From: a virus
Lineage: Duplodnaviria; Heunggongvirae; Uroviricota; Caudoviricetes
IMG/VR virus record: IMGVR_UViG_3300032093_008018
Coordinates: 18,559-82,558 of that record
Strand: one strand, 5' to 3'
Length of the DNA stretch: 64,000 nucleotides
A program made the translations under genes and the position numbers. Shown one piece after another: positions 30,039 through 39,935 of this stretch. How positions within the stretch are numbered: position 1 is the stretch's first letter; each line of letters begins with the position of its first letter. The notes under the pieces are model-generated. The model was not told the DNA's origin. It saw only the letters and a list, made by a program, of their open reading frames with translations, and did no database searches.

Positions 30039-30945
30039 TTCCGTTCCACCCTTTAAATTGTTTGTTGTTGCCATCAAATACTATCCAACCTTCTTTGGGA
30101 TTATCTGGCAAACTTGTATAGCTTTTTGTTTTTAAAATTGGTGCTTCAAATACTCCGTCGCCACCAAAGTTAAACTTTGTTGGATTTTCAAAAATATCAT
30201 CTTTCCCATTTGAAGTAATAACGCAAATTCCTGTCGGTGAAGATCCATCATTATTAAAATTTTTGATAGCAATTAATCCTGCACCATATCCCATTTCAAT
30301 TCCGCCATCTTGAAAAGAAATAATTCCCAAAGCATGGCCATCTGGAAAACTTAAAGCAGAATTAGGAAGTTCAATTTGACTGGTGAATTTTAACCAAGAA
30401 GATGTAATATCAACATTAAAATTTGCTGTTTCAGTATTAGTATTTTTTGAAATTCCATCGATTTGAAAAACTTTAGAATCAAGAACATCAAAGTCTGTAA
30501 AATCTACATGGAACCCTTTTGTTTGAAATCTAGTATATACACCATCTATTAATATTTCTTTTGTAGTAACTGAATCAAATATTCCTTCTTGAGAATAAAT
30601 TAACGGAGATCTTATAGATCCTAAAAATTGATGAGATGTTTCTGATTTTCTAACAAAGTCACTAGTATCGGGAATTATTGATCTATCAAAATCAATATTA
30701 ATTCCGTCTGGTGCCGGTGTTATATTGATTCCATGTCCACTTCTAAAATTGAATGAATCATTACTTAAATTAACGGTTTCAATTCTATCGTCATCATTAA
30801 CCTTAAATTTAAATGTTGATTGAATATCAACATTTGCAGCCCATACTAGTCTACCTCTAGCATCAACTGTGAAAGAAGGAATCTGGGTGTTGTTTCCATA
30901 AGTTCCGGGAGTAACTCCCGACATAGCTATTTGTACTGGTTGCAT
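30016..30945 (-). CDS. Hypothetical protein (possible virion/carbohydrate-binding protein)
   Basis: 309 aa, Gly/Asn/Thr-rich beta-like sequence. C-terminal 'GWIVFDGNNKQFKGWNGTSWITLG'. Converges on and overlaps the 3' end of the radical SAM gene. Confidence 0.35.
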   Translation of the reverse strand: MQPVQIAMSGVTPGTYGNNTQIPSFTVDARGRLVWAANVDIQSTFKFKVNDDDRIETVNLSNDSFNFRSGHGINITPAPDGINIDFDRSIIPDTSDFVRKSETSHQFLGSIRSPLIYSQEGIFDSVTTKEILIDGVYTRFQTKGFHVDFTDFDVLDSKVFQIDGISKNTNTETANFNVDITSSWLKFTSQIELPNSALSFPDGHALGIISFQDGGIEMGYGAGLIAIKNFNNDGSSPTGICVITSNGKDDIFENPTKFNFGGDGVFEAPILKTKSYTSLPDNPKEGWIVFDGNNKQFKGWNGTSWITLG

Positions 30946-30982
30946 ATTTAAAAATCCGTTTTGATGTAATATTTATCGCAAT

Positions 30983-31651
30983 TCAAATTAAAGAGCGATG
31001 GCAAACTTCACCCTGATTTATAGCTTCTAAATTTTGTGCTATCATTTTTAATAAGCGTTTAAACGGATAATCGTTATAAAACCAGTAATAATAATCCGCT
31101 AGATAACAGTCATCTTTAACTGCGCTGTTTATATCGCAAAGATGTTTTAGTGCATCAACTCCATATTTACGGTGAAGATTATGTGCTATGTTTACTGAAT
31201 AAGCAAACATTTCATCTGGATCTAGATAATAATCTCTTTGACGATCCCCAGTTTCGTCAATGCTTGCACAATCTCCTCGAAGATAAAATTGACGTCTGTG
31301 TATAGTTTCGTGACAGAGCGTATCAGCAACATCGTAAATTAACTGTTGCTTTAGATCTTCTGTAATGGGGAATTTCTTTTTAAAGCTAGAGCAGCAGATC
31401 TGTAACTCTATATCTCTAACATAATCAGAATCAAAAAAACCATTTATTCCAAAACAGTCTTTGGTAATTTTTGATCTTTGATAAGTTACCTTAATTTTAG
31501 TTTTAGAAGGTAACATTTTTTTGAGGATTTTGATCAGTTCCTCAGAACTTATTTTTTCAGTAGTTAACAGTCTATCCGTGAGATATACTATTACCCTATT
31601 CGGATCAATTATTTTATTTTCGGTAAACAATCCTTCCTTTGGAAAGGTCAT
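30983..31651 (-). CDS. Putative HExxH zinc metallopeptidase-like protein
   Basis: '[11 protein letters not shown]' HExxH motif. Confidence 0.4.
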   Translation of the reverse strand: MTFPKEGLFTENKIIDPNRVIVYLTDRLLTTEKISSEELIKILKKMLPSKTKIKVTYQRSKITKDCFGINGFFDSDYVRDIELQICCSSFKKKFPITEDLKQQLIYDVADTLCHETIHRRQFYLRGDCASIDETGDRQRDYYLDPDEMFAYSVNIAHNLHRKYGVDALKHLCDINSAVKDDCYLADYYYWFYNDYPFKRLLKMIAQNLEAINQGEVCHRSLI

Positions 31652-31832
31652 AGGGGCTAAACTCCAAAGTTACTGTATCACCTAACAGAATTTTAATGTT
31701 GTTCTTCCTAATTTTACCGCTAGAATAAGCATATACTACTGTTTGGGTATCTGCTAATTTTACACGATAAGTTGTGTTGGGCAGAACTTCTACAATAGTT
31801 CCGTCGAACTTAATAATATCTTCTTTAGACAT
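31614..31832 (-). CDS. infA: Translation initiation factor IF-1
   Basis: 72 aa: '[62 protein letters not shown]' closely matches bacterial IF-1. Confidence 0.85.
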   Translation of the reverse strand: MSKEDIIKFDGTIVEVLPNTTYRVKLADTQTVVYAYSSGKIRKNNIKILLGDTVTLEFSPYDLSKGRIVYRK

Positions 31833-31834
31833 AT

Positions 31835-32392
31835 TTATAACAGATGATCTGCAACGTTGAGATCTATGACTTCCTGGGATGATAGATAAACATCACTGGC
31901 GGGCAGTAATTTCTTTTTGACTACGCTAGGAGCAAGTCCTGTAGCGTCTTTTAATATTTGTACCATTTTTTCATTACATAAATCATTTTCTCGCATAGTA
32001 GCTTTAAGGTCATGATATTTGTTATCCATACTTTCTGAAAACTGATGACACATAAAACTAGTATTACGAGCTGCGTATCTTTCACCTTGATCACCGCTGG
32101 CAAAAATTAAAAATGCTGCACTCATTACAGCACCGATACCAACAGTTCTAATTGTGTGATTACTGCTACGCATTACATCAATTAAGGCAAATGCTTGATA
32201 AAGATCACCGCCTGTTGAATTAACGTATAAAGTTAATGTTTTTTCCTTTGACTCTAGGTTTTCGTAAACAATCCATTTTATAGCACTTTTGATCGTGTCC
32301 TCATTTATTTCTCCCACTAAGAAATGTATACTGTTTCCGAGTAGTTCGATATCAATACGATCTTCGGCATTGAAGTCCTCGATTTTTTTCAC
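31835..32392 (-). CDS. clpP: ATP-dependent Clp protease proteolytic subunit ClpP-like (GTG start)
   Basis: '[17 protein letters not shown]', '[14 protein letters not shown]' (Ser) and 'FMCHQF' (His) match ClpP motifs. RBS GGAG upstream of the GTG. Confidence 0.8.
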   Translation of the reverse strand: MKKIEDFNAEDRIDIELLGNSIHFLVGEINEDTIKSAIKWIVYENLESKEKTLTLYVNSTGGDLYQAFALIDVMRSSNHTIRTVGIGAVMSAAFLIFASGDQGERYAARNTSFMCHQFSESMDNKYHDLKATMRENDLCNEKMVQILKDATGLAPSVVKKKLLPASDVYLSSQEVIDLNVADHLL

Positions 32393-32463
32393 AAATGCTC
32401 CATTTGATTAACTATGTACTTATCTAGAGTTTAGATTTCATACATATTTAATTAACTGCGCAC

Positions 32464-32736
32464 TTAATCTTTTGCCCAATTATTGGTTTCATGATCCCAG
32501 TGCCTGCTATCGTAAAAATTAAAAATTACTTCATAGCCCAAAAATGCCAGGCACAGGAATATTCCTGCATGATCTTGTCGAACACTGTATTGTATATCAA
32601 CACCTATAACATCATGAGTTTTATCAATCTGCGCTTCCCAAAACTTGTGTTTAAAAGGAGTAGTTCCAGACCACTGTTTGATGTTCTCCCAACGATCGCT
32701 CCAGGGATTGCTGATATTAAAAAATAATCTAAACAT
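32464..32736 (-). CDS. Hypothetical protein
   Basis: 90-aa ORF. Confidence 0.3.
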   Translation of the reverse strand: MFRLFFNISNPWSDRWENIKQWSGTTPFKHKFWEAQIDKTHDVIGVDIQYSVRQDHAGIFLCLAFLGYEVIFNFYDSRHWDHETNNWAKD

Positions 32737-32738
32737 TG

Positions 32739-33149
32739 TTAATAAGGTTCTTTAAAAACATCGATAGCTTCAGTGTCTACATTTTCAACCATATGTAACA
32801 TAAAGCGATATTGATCCCAAGCAGTTTTTACTGCTTCGCTGTCGGAATGAGATGTAGGAAAGATATCAACCCAAACTGCATTTTCTGGTTGGGCATGTCT
32901 TGGTATTCCCTGTTTGCGAGGTTGTAGAACTTTGTTTTGATTCCAAAGTGCAAGACCTACTTCCATGCAATCTTTTTCATTGTAGCCAAGGAGATAACTA
33001 GGTTCTGTTAGATAGTTAAGAATAACATTACGTACATGCTTCTCGTCATGCATACAAGTTGCTGCAATAATAAATGCAACATCTTCGAGTTCAACATCAC
33101 CGTTAACGATGTCACGAATACAGCGTCCAAAACTAAAACCAATTTTCAT
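32739..33149 (-). CDS. Hypothetical protein
   Basis: 136-aa ORF. Confidence 0.4.
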   Translation of the reverse strand: MKIGFSFGRCIRDIVNGDVELEDVAFIIAATCMHDEKHVRNVILNYLTEPSYLLGYNEKDCMEVGLALWNQNKVLQPRKQGIPRHAQPENAVWVDIFPTSHSDSEAVKTAWDQYRFMLHMVENVDTEAIDVFKEPY

Positions 33150-33205
33150 TTAAGTTACCTATATATTATTAAACAAGTTAATTATATACTCATTAACTTC
33201 AAAAG

Positions 33206-33427
33206 TCAATTGGTTTTCCATTTTAATTGAAACATTAAAACATCTTTAGAATCTTTAAATCGATATTCTGCCACGTGATCGAACATCATTGATACATCTG
33301 AAACATCTTGAACATGATAGTCAACAAAACTTTGACATTGAGCTTTGGCCCAATCTGCCGCTGTTTGAAAATATTCTAAGGATCTATCGTAGACTATTTT
33401 TGAATCATCGAGATATACTACTAACAT
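33206..33427 (-). CDS. Small protein with conserved C-terminal 'F-LKW' module (family member 1)
   Basis: C-terminal 'WAKAQCQSF...DVLMFQLKWKTN'. Confidence 0.5.
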   Translation of the reverse strand: MLVVYLDDSKIVYDRSLEYFQTAADWAKAQCQSFVDYHVQDVSDVSMMFDHVAEYRFKDSKDVLMFQLKWKTN

Positions 33428-33688
33428 TTAAGACCATTTCATGGCAAACATACTGGCGTCCTGTTCATTTTGAAAATACCAAGCACGGCAGTTAGATTCT
33501 CTTATATCTCGAAATTTACTTTGACAGTGTTCCATACACCACGTGAGTTTTTCATTAAAGTCGTCGTCACCTTCTAATCGTACAATATGATAACCATTTA
33601 AGATAGACATCAGTTTATCATCTTCTAATAATACCGAACCCACTTTTTTGTGAGCCATAGTAATAAATTGTTTTGGATTATCTTTCAC
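33428..33688 (-). CDS. Small protein, 'F-NE-DA-MF-LKW' family member 2
   Basis: C-terminal 'WCMEHCQSKF...WYFQNEQDASMFAMKWS'. Confidence 0.5.
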   Translation of the reverse strand: MKDNPKQFITMAHKKVGSVLLEDDKLMSILNGYHIVRLEGDDDFNEKLTWCMEHCQSKFRDIRESNCRAWYFQNEQDASMFAMKWS

Positions 33689-34080
33689 TCACCAAACCTC
33701 AACAACCATTCTGTTAATGCCGGACCCATTAGCTTGGCTCTAATTTGATATTTGTAACCAAATATACTGGTATCAGCCATTCGATACCACGTTGGGGTAT
33801 CCACGGCATTTTTCATTACCCACTGTCCTTGTTCACTTTTCTCCCACTCCCATAGAGGAGTAGCAGCGTAAAGATCTGGATCTTCAACATCCCCCATCGA
33901 GAATTGATGAACTATTATCTCTTTAACTTCTTCCACGCGATCTCCTTCGGGGGTGTTTATTATAACATACTTATTTGTTACCGGCCAACGAATCTTGTCT
34001 TTATGATTTGAAGAATATCGATCAGAAAGATATTCATTAATTTGAAAAGTTCTGTCGATATCCTTATACCATCTTGCCAT
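33685..34080 (-). CDS. Hypothetical protein
   Basis: 131-aa ORF inside the small-gene array. Lacks the family motif. Confidence 0.4.
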   Translation of the reverse strand: MARWYKDIDRTFQINEYLSDRYSSNHKDKIRWPVTNKYVIINTPEGDRVEEVKEIIVHQFSMGDVEDPDLYAATPLWEWEKSEQGQWVMKNAVDTPTWYRMADTSIFGYKYQIRAKLMGPALTEWLLRFGE

Positions 34081-34083
34081 GTA

Positions 34084-34395
34084 TTACATCCATTTTAATT
34101 GAAACAGTGTCGCTTCTTTATCTTCTTTAATAAAAACGGTGTACATGGGATCGCCACCGTTAAATCGGTGTGTGCAATCTGTCGTAGGACACATCTTAGC
34201 CATCCATTCTTCAAACTCATGATCGTCTTCGGGATATACCCAACAGTACCAACCACGAGGAGGAGGTCCTAAAGGGAAATGGCTACTGGGGTTAGGCACT
34301 GTCTTGCCGTCCTCAAAACGCCAATGGTGTACAGAAGTTTTTATAACCATTTTAAAGTAAACATCAAATAATCTTGTTCGTTGAGAAAGAACCAT
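34084..34395 (-). CDS. Small protein, family member 3
   Basis: C-terminal 'WMAKMCPTTDC...FIKEDKEATLFQLKWM'. Confidence 0.5.
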   Translation of the reverse strand: MVLSQRTRLFDVYFKMVIKTSVHHWRFEDGKTVPNPSSHFPLGPPPRGWYCWVYPEDDHEFEEWMAKMCPTTDCTHRFNGGDPMYTVFIKEDKEATLFQLKWM

Positions 34396-34571
34396 TCATA
34401 GCTTCCCGGTACGCCTCGACCTTGCCAAAATGTACACCATGTACCTTCTCTATATCCTATAGCTTCCCATCTAGGACCAAACTTTTCCTTGCACCATTCT
34501 GCAGCTTTTCCATGATTGGTTCTATCAGTAACTGTTTGGTAAGGAAAATCTCTAGCAGTTTTCATAACCAT
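34341..34571 (-). CDS. Small protein, family member 4
   Basis: C-terminal 'WCKEKFGPRW...WFFLNEQDYLMFTLKWL'. Confidence 0.5.
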   Translation of the reverse strand: MVMKTARDFPYQTVTDRTNHGKAAEWCKEKFGPRWEAIGYREGTWCTFWQGRGVPGSYEWFFLNEQDYLMFTLKWL

Positions 34572-34825
34572 TTTAGTGTAAAGTTAACAGCATCACCTTC
34601 ATTCTCAAATACAAAAGTGCTTCCTCTATGTTCAAAAGGATTTTTAATATTTTCTTCGCACCACATTAAAATATTCACAGAATGTTTACGACTAAAGAAT
34701 CTGGTTAATGTGACTTTCTTCCATCCGCAGGATTTGACCAACATATCAGAAAGAATATGAAAGTCCATTTCACTTTGCATCTGTGTAGCTAGTTCTTGAG
34801 TTATTTCTTCTTCTAAATTATTCAT
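34562..34825 (-). CDS. Small protein, family member 5
   Basis: C-terminal 'WCEENIKNPF...FVFENEGDAVNFTLKWL'. Confidence 0.5.
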   Translation of the reverse strand: MNNLEEEITQELATQMQSEMDFHILSDMLVKSCGWKKVTLTRFFSRKHSVNILMWCEENIKNPFEHRGSTFVFENEGDAVNFTLKWL

Positions 34826-35195
34826 AATGTCTTTCTATATCTTTTTCAAAGATACCCCACCCTAATCTAGTTCTAGGTGTATTCTTTCTAGACTGTACAC
34901 AGAGGTAACCTTCTTCATCAATGGATACAGTCCATTGATGATATTTTTTGTCGTAGAGAAAGTCTTGTAACTGTGCCACTAGAACTGCAGGCATTTTAAG
35001 ATCAGTATCAATAGCTGCTAAAGGCCCAGTCTTACCTCTTAAAATTTCTTGTAGTTTTAATTTTTCTAAACTATCTTGATTAAGAGGAGTAAATGACATC
35101 CTGTCATATAATGACAGGTGCCGAGATTTAGCTTCAACTTTATTAAAGTCGTGCTCTCTTATAATAACTTTTCGTCTTAAAAGTTTTATCGCCAT
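34818..35195 (-). CDS. Hypothetical protein
   Basis: 125-aa ORF in the array. No family motif. Confidence 0.4.
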   Translation of the reverse strand: MAIKLLRRKVIIREHDFNKVEAKSRHLSLYDRMSFTPLNQDSLEKLKLQEILRGKTGPLAAIDTDLKMPAVLVAQLQDFLYDKKYHQWTVSIDEEGYLCVQSRKNTPRTRLGWGIFEKDIERHYE

Positions 35196-35578
35196 TTTAA
35201 TACAAACACCATTCTATCTACTTCATTGTGGAACCAGAACTTGCGATTGTTCATGTACCAACGCTGTGCAGGATCTGGTGCTTTCTCGTTACCCCACATG
35301 TGTTCCCCAACTGAACCAAATGTTTCTACGCACCACGCTTCCATTTCTCGCCATACTCCACCAACTGGTTCTACACAATAATATCTAGCACCGTAGACTG
35401 TGCCTTCTGTGAGCTTAAGATCTTCTACAGGACGAGCATGAATATCTTCCCACAATCTTTGAAAAGCCTGAGTTGAAAAGGCACTCTTGCCTAAATTGCG
35501 TCCAGTAATTGTTGTCATACCTTTACCTTTATACTGTGTCATTTTATCTAAAAGGTTTAGTTGCCACGGTTGTATCAT
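35186..35578 (-). CDS. Small protein, family member 6
   Basis: C-terminal 'WCVETFGSVG...FWFHNEVDRMVFVLKWR'. Confidence 0.5.
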   Translation of the reverse strand: MIQPWQLNLLDKMTQYKGKGMTTITGRNLGKSAFSTQAFQRLWEDIHARPVEDLKLTEGTVYGARYYCVEPVGGVWREMEAWCVETFGSVGEHMWGNEKAPDPAQRWYMNNRKFWFHNEVDRMVFVLKWR

Positions 35579-35877
35579 TTCAATCTATTTCCTTCTGCGG
35601 TGCCCCAACGTAGCATAAACATTGTAGCATCTCTGTCGTTTTCAAATTGAAAATATAGTGCGTGGACATGCTCTAATCGCCAAAGTCCAGAACAATTATC
35701 TTCACACCACTTTCTCATGAGATCTAAAGATTCATATCCTATTGTGTCAAAGTTTATACGATAACTAAAGACAGCTCGAGATCTTGTAGCTAAAACTTGT
35801 TTAAGTTTAGTCCCAAGTTCTATGTCGTTCGGCAATCCATTCTCTTCCATCGTATTCCTCAACAATCCAATCAACAT
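35575..35877 (-). CDS. Small protein, family member 7
   Basis: C-terminal 'WCEDNCSGLW...YFQFENDRDATMFMLRWG'. Confidence 0.5.
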   Translation of the reverse strand: MLIGLLRNTMEENGLPNDIELGTKLKQVLATRSRAVFSYRINFDTIGYESLDLMRKWCEDNCSGLWRLEHVHALYFQFENDRDATMFMLRWGTAEGNRLK

Positions 35878-36133
35878 CTGCAGGAATCTCTACGATTTTT
35901 AATTCGGCGTAAGAACCGTTGGCTTTTTCGCCCATTTCATTGATTATTTGAATTAGATAGGGATCGTCTCTTGATATATCTCGATCCCAAAATTTTTCAT
36001 CAGTTATACCGGTGAGCTCTCGATATTTTTCAATTGCTTGATCACTAAGGCTAAATCCGCCGTGGCAAATGTTAATCACCACTCGGCGGATTCCTTTTAT
36101 TTCTTCAATAAGTCTTTGATTAGTTAAAGTCAT
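35807..36133 (-). CDS. Hypothetical protein
   Basis: 108-aa ORF. Confidence 0.4.
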   Translation of the reverse strand: MTLTNQRLIEEIKGIRRVVINICHGGFSLSDQAIEKYRELTGITDEKFWDRDISRDDPYLIQIINEMGEKANGSYAELKIVEIPADVDWIVEEYDGREWIAERHRTWD

Positions 36134-36390
36134 TGATAAACAGCAGGTTTAAATCCAGTATTAGGTTGTTTGTTTCCTTTTGTGGATTCTTCAACAAACA
36201 CAATGTTATATCCGTCAAACACAGTGTCAATTGATTCATTGGGACCTATGCCTTTTTGTACTCGGCGTAGTTTAACTTCTATAGAGGAAATTTTTTTACC
36301 TGTTTGTTCTTCTACTATTTTTTTTATTATTTCCTCTACAATAGTTGAAGATATATCAGTTGTCATAGTGATATTGAAATTATAATTCAT
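36130..36390 (-). CDS. Hypothetical protein
   Basis: 86-aa ORF. Confidence 0.35.
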   Translation of the reverse strand: MNYNFNITMTTDISSTIVEEIIKKIVEEQTGKKISSIEVKLRRVQKGIGPNESIDTVFDGYNIVFVEESTKGNKQPNTGFKPAVYQ

Positions 36391-36558
36391 AATTATTAAT
36401 CTTTCTTTTCTTGTTTCTGTTGCTTATCCTGCTCAACAGTTTCTGGTTTCCAGATTTGATCTTTAATATAACTGGCTCCAAACCACCCCCAGGCGGAGAA
36501 AAAACCCCACATCATAATTTCTAATATCACTAATTAACCTCTAAGAAATAATCCTACA

Positions 36559-37356
36559 TTATTGTTTGGGTAACATCAAAGCGTTAAAGTTTGAAGGCAC
36601 TACAATAGTCTGCACTTGACCGTTCTTAATACCTTCGGAGATATTTAACATGGCTTGGGCCTGCATGAATGCAATTGATGCACCTGAGTTGTTAGCCAAT
36701 GCTGCCATACGACGGCTTTCGGCTTCAGCAGTCTTAACTTCAACTTCCTTCTGCTTCAACTCGTTCTTTGAACGAACTAATGCGTTAGCTGATTCAACCA
36801 CACTGTCTGCTGGCACAACATTACGAATCAGCACTTGACTAATCATAATAGTACCGTCCAACTTTTCTTCTGACAAGTTGCGAACGATCTCGTCTTGGAT
36901 GAACTTCTCCATTTCGCCACGATTGTCTGCCATGTCCAAGGCTTCGTACTTACGTGCGGCTTTGTAGATAGCATTACGAGCATTCTGAACAATGTAGTTA
37001 TACATCACATAAGTGTCGCCTTTGAAGTCAGCGTGGAAAGCCTTGTTCTTGGTAGCATACAGTTCTGATACTTGTTGTGGGTTGATGTTGTAAACAACCA
37101 CAGCATCAAAGTCTTTCATTGTGCTATTATCTTTGGCCACAGGAGTCATGTTCTCTAGTGTGACGTTGACATCCTTGATAGGGAATGTAAGCACGTCGCC
37201 AATCAATACCTGATTAAACGAACCAGGCAATAGTTCACCAGGTTGAACCTGTTTGTCAAAACCAACTCGTACACCAACCTCACCGGTTTCAATACGAGTA
37301 CAGCCAGTTGCCAACACAGCGGCAGCGATAAGGCCAAGAGTTGCGATACGTTTCAT
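36559..37356 (-). CDS. SPFH/band-7 (prohibitin-like) lipoprotein
   Basis: Lipobox 'LATGC'. SPFH-like core. C-terminal coiled-coil 'KQKEVEVKTAEAESRRMAA'. Confidence 0.7.
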   Translation of the reverse strand: MKRIATLGLIAAAVLATGCTRIETGEVGVRVGFDKQVQPGELLPGSFNQVLIGDVLTFPIKDVNVTLENMTPVAKDNSTMKDFDAVVVYNINPQQVSELYATKNKAFHADFKGDTYVMYNYIVQNARNAIYKAARKYEALDMADNRGEMEKFIQDEIVRNLSEEKLDGTIMISQVLIRNVVPADSVVESANALVRSKNELKQKEVEVKTAEAESRRMAALANNSGASIAFMQAQAMLNISEGIKNGQVQTIVVPSNFNALMLPKQ

Positions 37357-37368
37357 GTGTGTAAATCC

Positions 37369-37545
37369 TTAAAATAAAAAAACAAATAGCGATAATGCTA
37401 TGAAAGTTAGTGTAGCAAGACCTAGACTGTATGTCAAGGTTTTTATACTATTCCAACGTTCTTTTCCTGAAGTATATCTCCAAGATTCGATTACAAAATG
37501 AAATACAACAGCAACAACTAAGAACGACAGTACAACTTTAATCAT
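37369..37545 (-). CDS. Small two-TM membrane protein (58 aa, not in the ORF track)
   Basis: 'MIKVVLSFLVVAVVFHFVIESWRYTSGKERWNSIKTLTYSLGLATLTFIALSLFVFLF'. ATGA start/stop overlap with the upstream gene. Confidence 0.4.
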   Translation of the reverse strand: MIKVVLSFLVVAVVFHFVIESWRYTSGKERWNSIKTLTYSLGLATLTFIALSLFVFLF

Positions 37546-38051
37546 GCTTGGTGTTCCTTGATTGCTGATTTTACAGCTTCCTCAACTAATTGATTAAATG
37601 TTATATCTTTATCATGTGCAAATTTCATGTAACGAAATAGTTCGTCATCCGTAAATTCTACTTGAACTTGAACCCGAGTGTCGTAATCTTCCTCATTTAC
37701 AATTGCCTGTGCTTTTTCTAAAAAGTCTTCATCGACATCTAGATCAACATAATTAACATCATCCCATGCTTGATTACCTAACACACCACGATCCTCAGAT
37801 TCGTCATCGTGATCCGTCTTATAATCAGTATTAATCAATCTATAGGCACGTTGATTTTTATAATCATATGCGCTGGCTTCGTAGACTTCTTGAGTTTTAG
37901 TATCGAATACAATACTAACAGAATGCCCGTCTTGATCGCCAGACCATGAATCTAATCTATAAGCATTAGGACCGTAGCATTGCCACATATACTCACTACC
38001 TTCAGTGATACGGTAGTCAACGGTTTCCATGAACTGTTTTAAGGTAATCAT
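37542..38051 (-). CDS. Hypothetical acidic protein
   Basis: 169-aa Asp/Glu-rich ORF. Confidence 0.45.
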   Translation of the reverse strand: MITLKQFMETVDYRITEGSEYMWQCYGPNAYRLDSWSGDQDGHSVSIVFDTKTQEVYEASAYDYKNQRAYRLINTDYKTDHDDESEDRGVLGNQAWDDVNYVDLDVDEDFLEKAQAIVNEEDYDTRVQVQVEFTDDELFRYMKFAHDKDITFNQLVEEAVKSAIKEHQA

Positions 38052-38260
38052 TTCTTAAGTTCCTTTTCTTTAGGTTGATCCATTAAAGGTTCTTGATGCA
38101 TGAACTGCGGAGGATATACATCAAATTTCCACATCTTAACAGGTTTCCAATACCTATGAAGAATATTGTTAATAATAACTAATCCCACAACTATAACTAT
38201 AAAACCAATCATAGTTAAAACACTACCTGCTAAAAATACTGCTGCTTGATTCATATCCAT
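38048..38260 (-). CDS. Small membrane protein
   Basis: One hydrophobic helix 'AAVFLAGSVLTMIGFIVIVVGLVIIN'. Confidence 0.4.
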   Translation of the reverse strand: MDMNQAAVFLAGSVLTMIGFIVIVVGLVIINNILHRYWKPVKMWKFDVYPPQFMHQEPLMDQPKEKELKK

Positions 38261-38652
38261 TACTTCTCTTCCTTTGGTTGATAATTTTCTGTTCTGGCTC
38301 GTTTATAATCAAACCAGGATAATATTTCTTGTGGTTCTTTACCTTCACATGTTTTAGTAATATGATATGACATTATATTTTTTAGATATGAATAAACATC
38401 ATGATCCATTATCTTACTGTCCCAAGCTCGAGTTTCAAATGCGTTAGTATAATATAATTTCTTATAATTTGTCAACCTTGCATTTTTCATTTCTGGAGTA
38501 GCATAAATTCCAAACTGTTCTACTGCCATAGCAAGTGCATAGCTGTGTGGCATAACAACACCATTCCAATAGACGATATAATCATCGTGATGTTCTAGAT
38601 ACATTAAAACTGGTCTTGGATCTAATAAACTCCAACTGTGTTCTGCTCTCAT
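38260..38652 (-). CDS. Hypothetical protein
   Basis: 130-aa ORF. Confidence 0.4.
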   Translation of the reverse strand: MRAEHSWSLLDPRPVLMYLEHHDDYIVYWNGVVMPHSYALAMAVEQFGIYATPEMKNARLTNYKKLYYTNAFETRAWDSKIMDHDVYSYLKNIMSYHITKTCEGKEPQEILSWFDYKRARTENYQPKEEK

Positions 38653-39284
38653 AGATAATCCTCTGCAGGGTTAAATTCCCAACGACCTACTGGATTGTGT
38701 TGAATTGCTTCTAATAATCCGTCTACTGGACGATACCCGTAGGTCCAATATTTGATAAGGCGCTTGAGTGCATCTGCTTGTAAAGGCATACGCATTCTTA
38801 AGTTGCGTTCACGAATATCCTTGGCTGTATGATTGCCTAACAAGTAGGTATTTCCATCAGTAGCAACTTGACAAACTGATAGATCAAAACTATCAATGAC
38901 TTTTTGCATATCAGTAAAATAGTTTTTCTTAATTATTTGTACAGTCCATGTCTGATCATCTTTTGAAACTTCTAATGTAACAGCGTTATCTGATTTGTAT
39001 TTTTCTGTACAGGCCATTGAAGCAAAAATTTTCTGTTGTAACTGCTCTGCCTGCATGGGAGAAGAACAATATACATCTATGTCGCTTTCCCCTACAGGAA
39101 TTCCTTGATACCAACGTAAACCAGCACCGCCAGCAATCCAAGGACCTTTTTCAAAATTAGGATTGATTACAGATACTGGAAACCAATCTTGATAATGGAT
39201 AGTTGGATATCGTACTACTTGAATACTAGGAAGATTCCTAGTTTTATCTTCATATGACCAAATATCACCTAAATTAAAACTCAT
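38649..39284 (-). CDS. Hypothetical protein (start moved to 'MSFNLGDIW', coupled by an ATGA overlap to the upstream small ORF)
   Basis: ORF. A nucleotidyltransferase-like 'GESDIDVYC' segment is possible. Confidence 0.4.
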   Translation of the reverse strand: MSFNLGDIWSYEDKTRNLPSIQVVRYPTIHYQDWFPVSVINPNFEKGPWIAGGAGLRWYQGIPVGESDIDVYCSSPMQAEQLQQKIFASMACTEKYKSDNAVTLEVSKDDQTWTVQIIKKNYFTDMQKVIDSFDLSVCQVATDGNTYLLGNHTAKDIRERNLRMRMPLQADALKRLIKYWTYGYRPVDGLLEAIQHNPVGRWEFNPAEDYL

Positions 39285-39460
39285 GAGCAATGCCTTACTA
39301 ACTGTCCAATAACAGCAACTACCATATACATACCAATAATAGCCAGACCAACAGTCCAAACAATTTTAGATGTTTCTTCTCGATGACTGCGCCAGTCCAT
39401 AAAGGTACAACCACTGCCAAACAAAGAAGCAAATCCAATTATTAATAATGGTAGTGCCAT
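39281..39460 (-). CDS. Small membrane protein (59 aa, not in the ORF track)
   Basis: 'MALPLLIIGFASLFGSGCTF...VWTVGLAIIGMYMVVAVIGQLVRHCS'. RBS GGAGATTAAA-ATG. Confidence 0.4.
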   Translation of the reverse strand: MALPLLIIGFASLFGSGCTFMDWRSHREETSKIVWTVGLAIIGMYMVVAVIGQLVRHCS

Positions 39461-39461
39461 T

Positions 39462-39935
39462 TTAATCTCCTGTATTTTCTTTTGTAAGTTCGCACATTAA
39501 CATAAAATGATCATACGCCTTTCGAACACTTTCATGTTTTAAAAGTTTATCTGCTTCTTCCTGCATAGCTTTAATACCTGCTTCTGCACAATCATGAATG
39601 CTCAATCCTTGTAAGGTACAAAGTTCATCGCCAAATGCTTTGGCCAATGCTTCCCAGGCTTTCTTCTGCTGAGGAGTAATTGGAGAACGAGGAGGACGTA
39701 GTTCAGCGGCTTTGGCGATAGCCCTACAGATTTTGTCTTCGGCAACACGACCCGCAGCAATCATAGGAGCATAAGCTGGATCAATCTTAAAGCGACGACT
39801 AGTGCCGCCGGGGTATACAGACACAAGATGATCCCCTTTGGGGAAACTATCTAATAGTTCGTTGTCATATTCTGCTACCGGAATATAACGGCGACCTTCT
39901 TTTCTATAAAATAGGATGGGGGATTTGGAAATCAT
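39462..39935 (-). CDS. Hypothetical protein
   Basis: 157-aa ORF downstream of a consensus sigma70 promoter. Confidence 0.45.
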   Translation of the reverse strand: MISKSPILFYRKEGRRYIPVAEYDNELLDSFPKGDHLVSVYPGGTSRRFKIDPAYAPMIAAGRVAEDKICRAIAKAAELRPPRSPITPQQKKAWEALAKAFGDELCTLQGLSIHDCAEAGIKAMQEEADKLLKHESVRKAYDHFMLMCELTKENTGD

